Shown here in pieces: positions 62,906-64,000 of a stretch of 64,000 bases of DNA. The position numbers and the translations under genes were made by a program. The notes under the pieces are model-generated. The model saw only the letters and a list, made by a program, of their open reading frames with translations. It was not told where the DNA came from and did not search any database. Source of the DNA: Patiria miniata. Taxonomy: Eukaryota. Positions within the stretch are counted from its first letter, which is position 1. Each line of letters opens with the position of its first letter. The DNA lies in the NCBI RefSeq assembly GCF_015706575.1, contig NW_024037060.1, positions 945,983-1,009,982 of the forward strand, given 5' to 3'.

Positions 62906-62931
62906 GGGGGGGGGGGGGGGGGGGGGGGGGG
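62906..62931. repeat. 26-nt poly-G tract. It is one member of a dispersed family of short motifs that carry long G or C homopolymers.
   Basis: Other members lie at 356..369 (C), 1809..1821 (G), 2031..2039 (C), 3182..3194 (G), 3680..3693 (G), 58825..58836 (C) and 63087..63107 (C then A). Several share flanking words, for example gagtggcgat...tggggg at 1768 versus the reverse complements of 2030..2075 and 3700..3760. Also ttgg[ag]tgggggg occurs at 62897 and, in reverse complement, at 63400. Confidence 0.5.
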
Positions 62932-64000
62932 TGTTAGACTAATGTTATGAAAATAGTAAAATGGGGCGAACAAAAATACATGGAATGCTAAAGTTCCTAA
63001 ATTTATTCTCATAGCCTTCGAACGTAGGAGAAAGCATTGGATATTTCACAAACTTTACCCTGGGCAAGGTTCTGGACCCCTAGCAACCCCCCCCCCCCAA
63101 AAAAAAATCCACCTTCGTATCAACCCCCCTCCCGTTTCCTGAAAGCTAGATCCGCCCCTGTTCTCGTCTTAAATACTCGTCTTGTTTGAGTAATTAATTG
63201 TTTCACTTCGGGAGGAAGGGAATTCTTTTGGGGGAAAGGAAATTAGAGTTTGCGAGTTAGGAACACATTATTACAAGTTGCTTTTCTAGCAGGCGATTTC
63301 AGAGCGAGGACGGTCTTGAATGATTTGTATTGTTTCCTTTCGTATTTGTAACTCAGGAAACTATCAAAAATTGGATTGGTTGTACAACACGGGTGCATGG
63401 GGGCCTGGGTGTGGGAGTCCGAATCCCCCCATCCCCCCACCCAACTATAGAATCCAGGAAACACACATTTCATGCGAAGAAAGTGTAATGTATACGGATA
63501 ACGTAATTAATACACGTACGAAGCCTGAAAGTAGGAGAACCATGCAGGCCCAACCGCGCCTACCAGGTGGTGTTATTTTTCAAAATAAAACACCGAGGTC
63601 CGTTCTGGCTATTAAACTATTTAGTCAAGTATGACGGCAGGGCATCGCGGCAATTTGTAACTGTGTACGCTGTGAACTGGACAGGGAAACGCCTATAGGA
63701 TATCGCTTGAACGGTATAGGTTCCCTTTTTCCAAAGCTGCACGATTCCAGCGAATTACTATGTCAATACATGGAGTTACATCTCGCCGAATCTTTATATT
63801 CAGGAACTGTTGAGAGTTTACGTCAGCTTGAGCATATTAAAACTAAATGTACCACGGAAAACAAATCAAATATAAGCGAAGGATATTTGCCATTTTGTGG
63901 TTGGAAATTTGTTGGATCATAATCAGCGAAGAATATTTGCCATTAGTAATATATACCTCTATAAAGTTGAATCATTAATGAACGCATTTTTGTGAATTTT

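Overview
Eukaryotic (metazoan) genomic DNA. One very large minus-strand gene for a membrane-tethered, MUC3/12/17-like mucin dominates the window. A single coding exon of about 47 kb (about 10331..57674) opens with a signal peptide (start codon at 57672..57674). Most of it is a tandem array of roughly 137 near-identical 336/342-bp repeats, each encoding a 112/114-aa Thr/Ser/Glu-rich, PTS-type unit. Five short 3' exons with canonical GT-AG introns follow at lower coordinates. In order they encode a calcium-binding EGF-like domain, a two-exon SEA domain carrying a G|S autoproteolysis-type motif (RFAPG|SIKAEY), a second EGF-like domain, and a transmembrane helix plus basic cytoplasmic tail with stop codon and AATAAA signal. 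The deduced protein is about 16,000 aa. The array is organised into local higher-order repeats of 1014, 1356 and 2034 bp. Copies near both edges are divergent, while the interior is strongly homogenised. The interior also carries at least about 25 single-base frame disruptions, which are more likely long-read consensus errors than real lesions. Flanking DNA (1..7300 and 57800..64000) is AT-rich, mostly non-coding and full of small inverted-repeat (MITE-like) elements, a tRNA-like SINE-type fragment and a dispersed motif family marked by long G or C homopolymers. Two downstream candidate exons suggest a possible alternatively spliced, longer cytoplasmic tail. No prokaryotic-type system (CRISPR, operons) is present. 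The many short ORFs inside the array, on both strands, are frame artefacts of the repeat.
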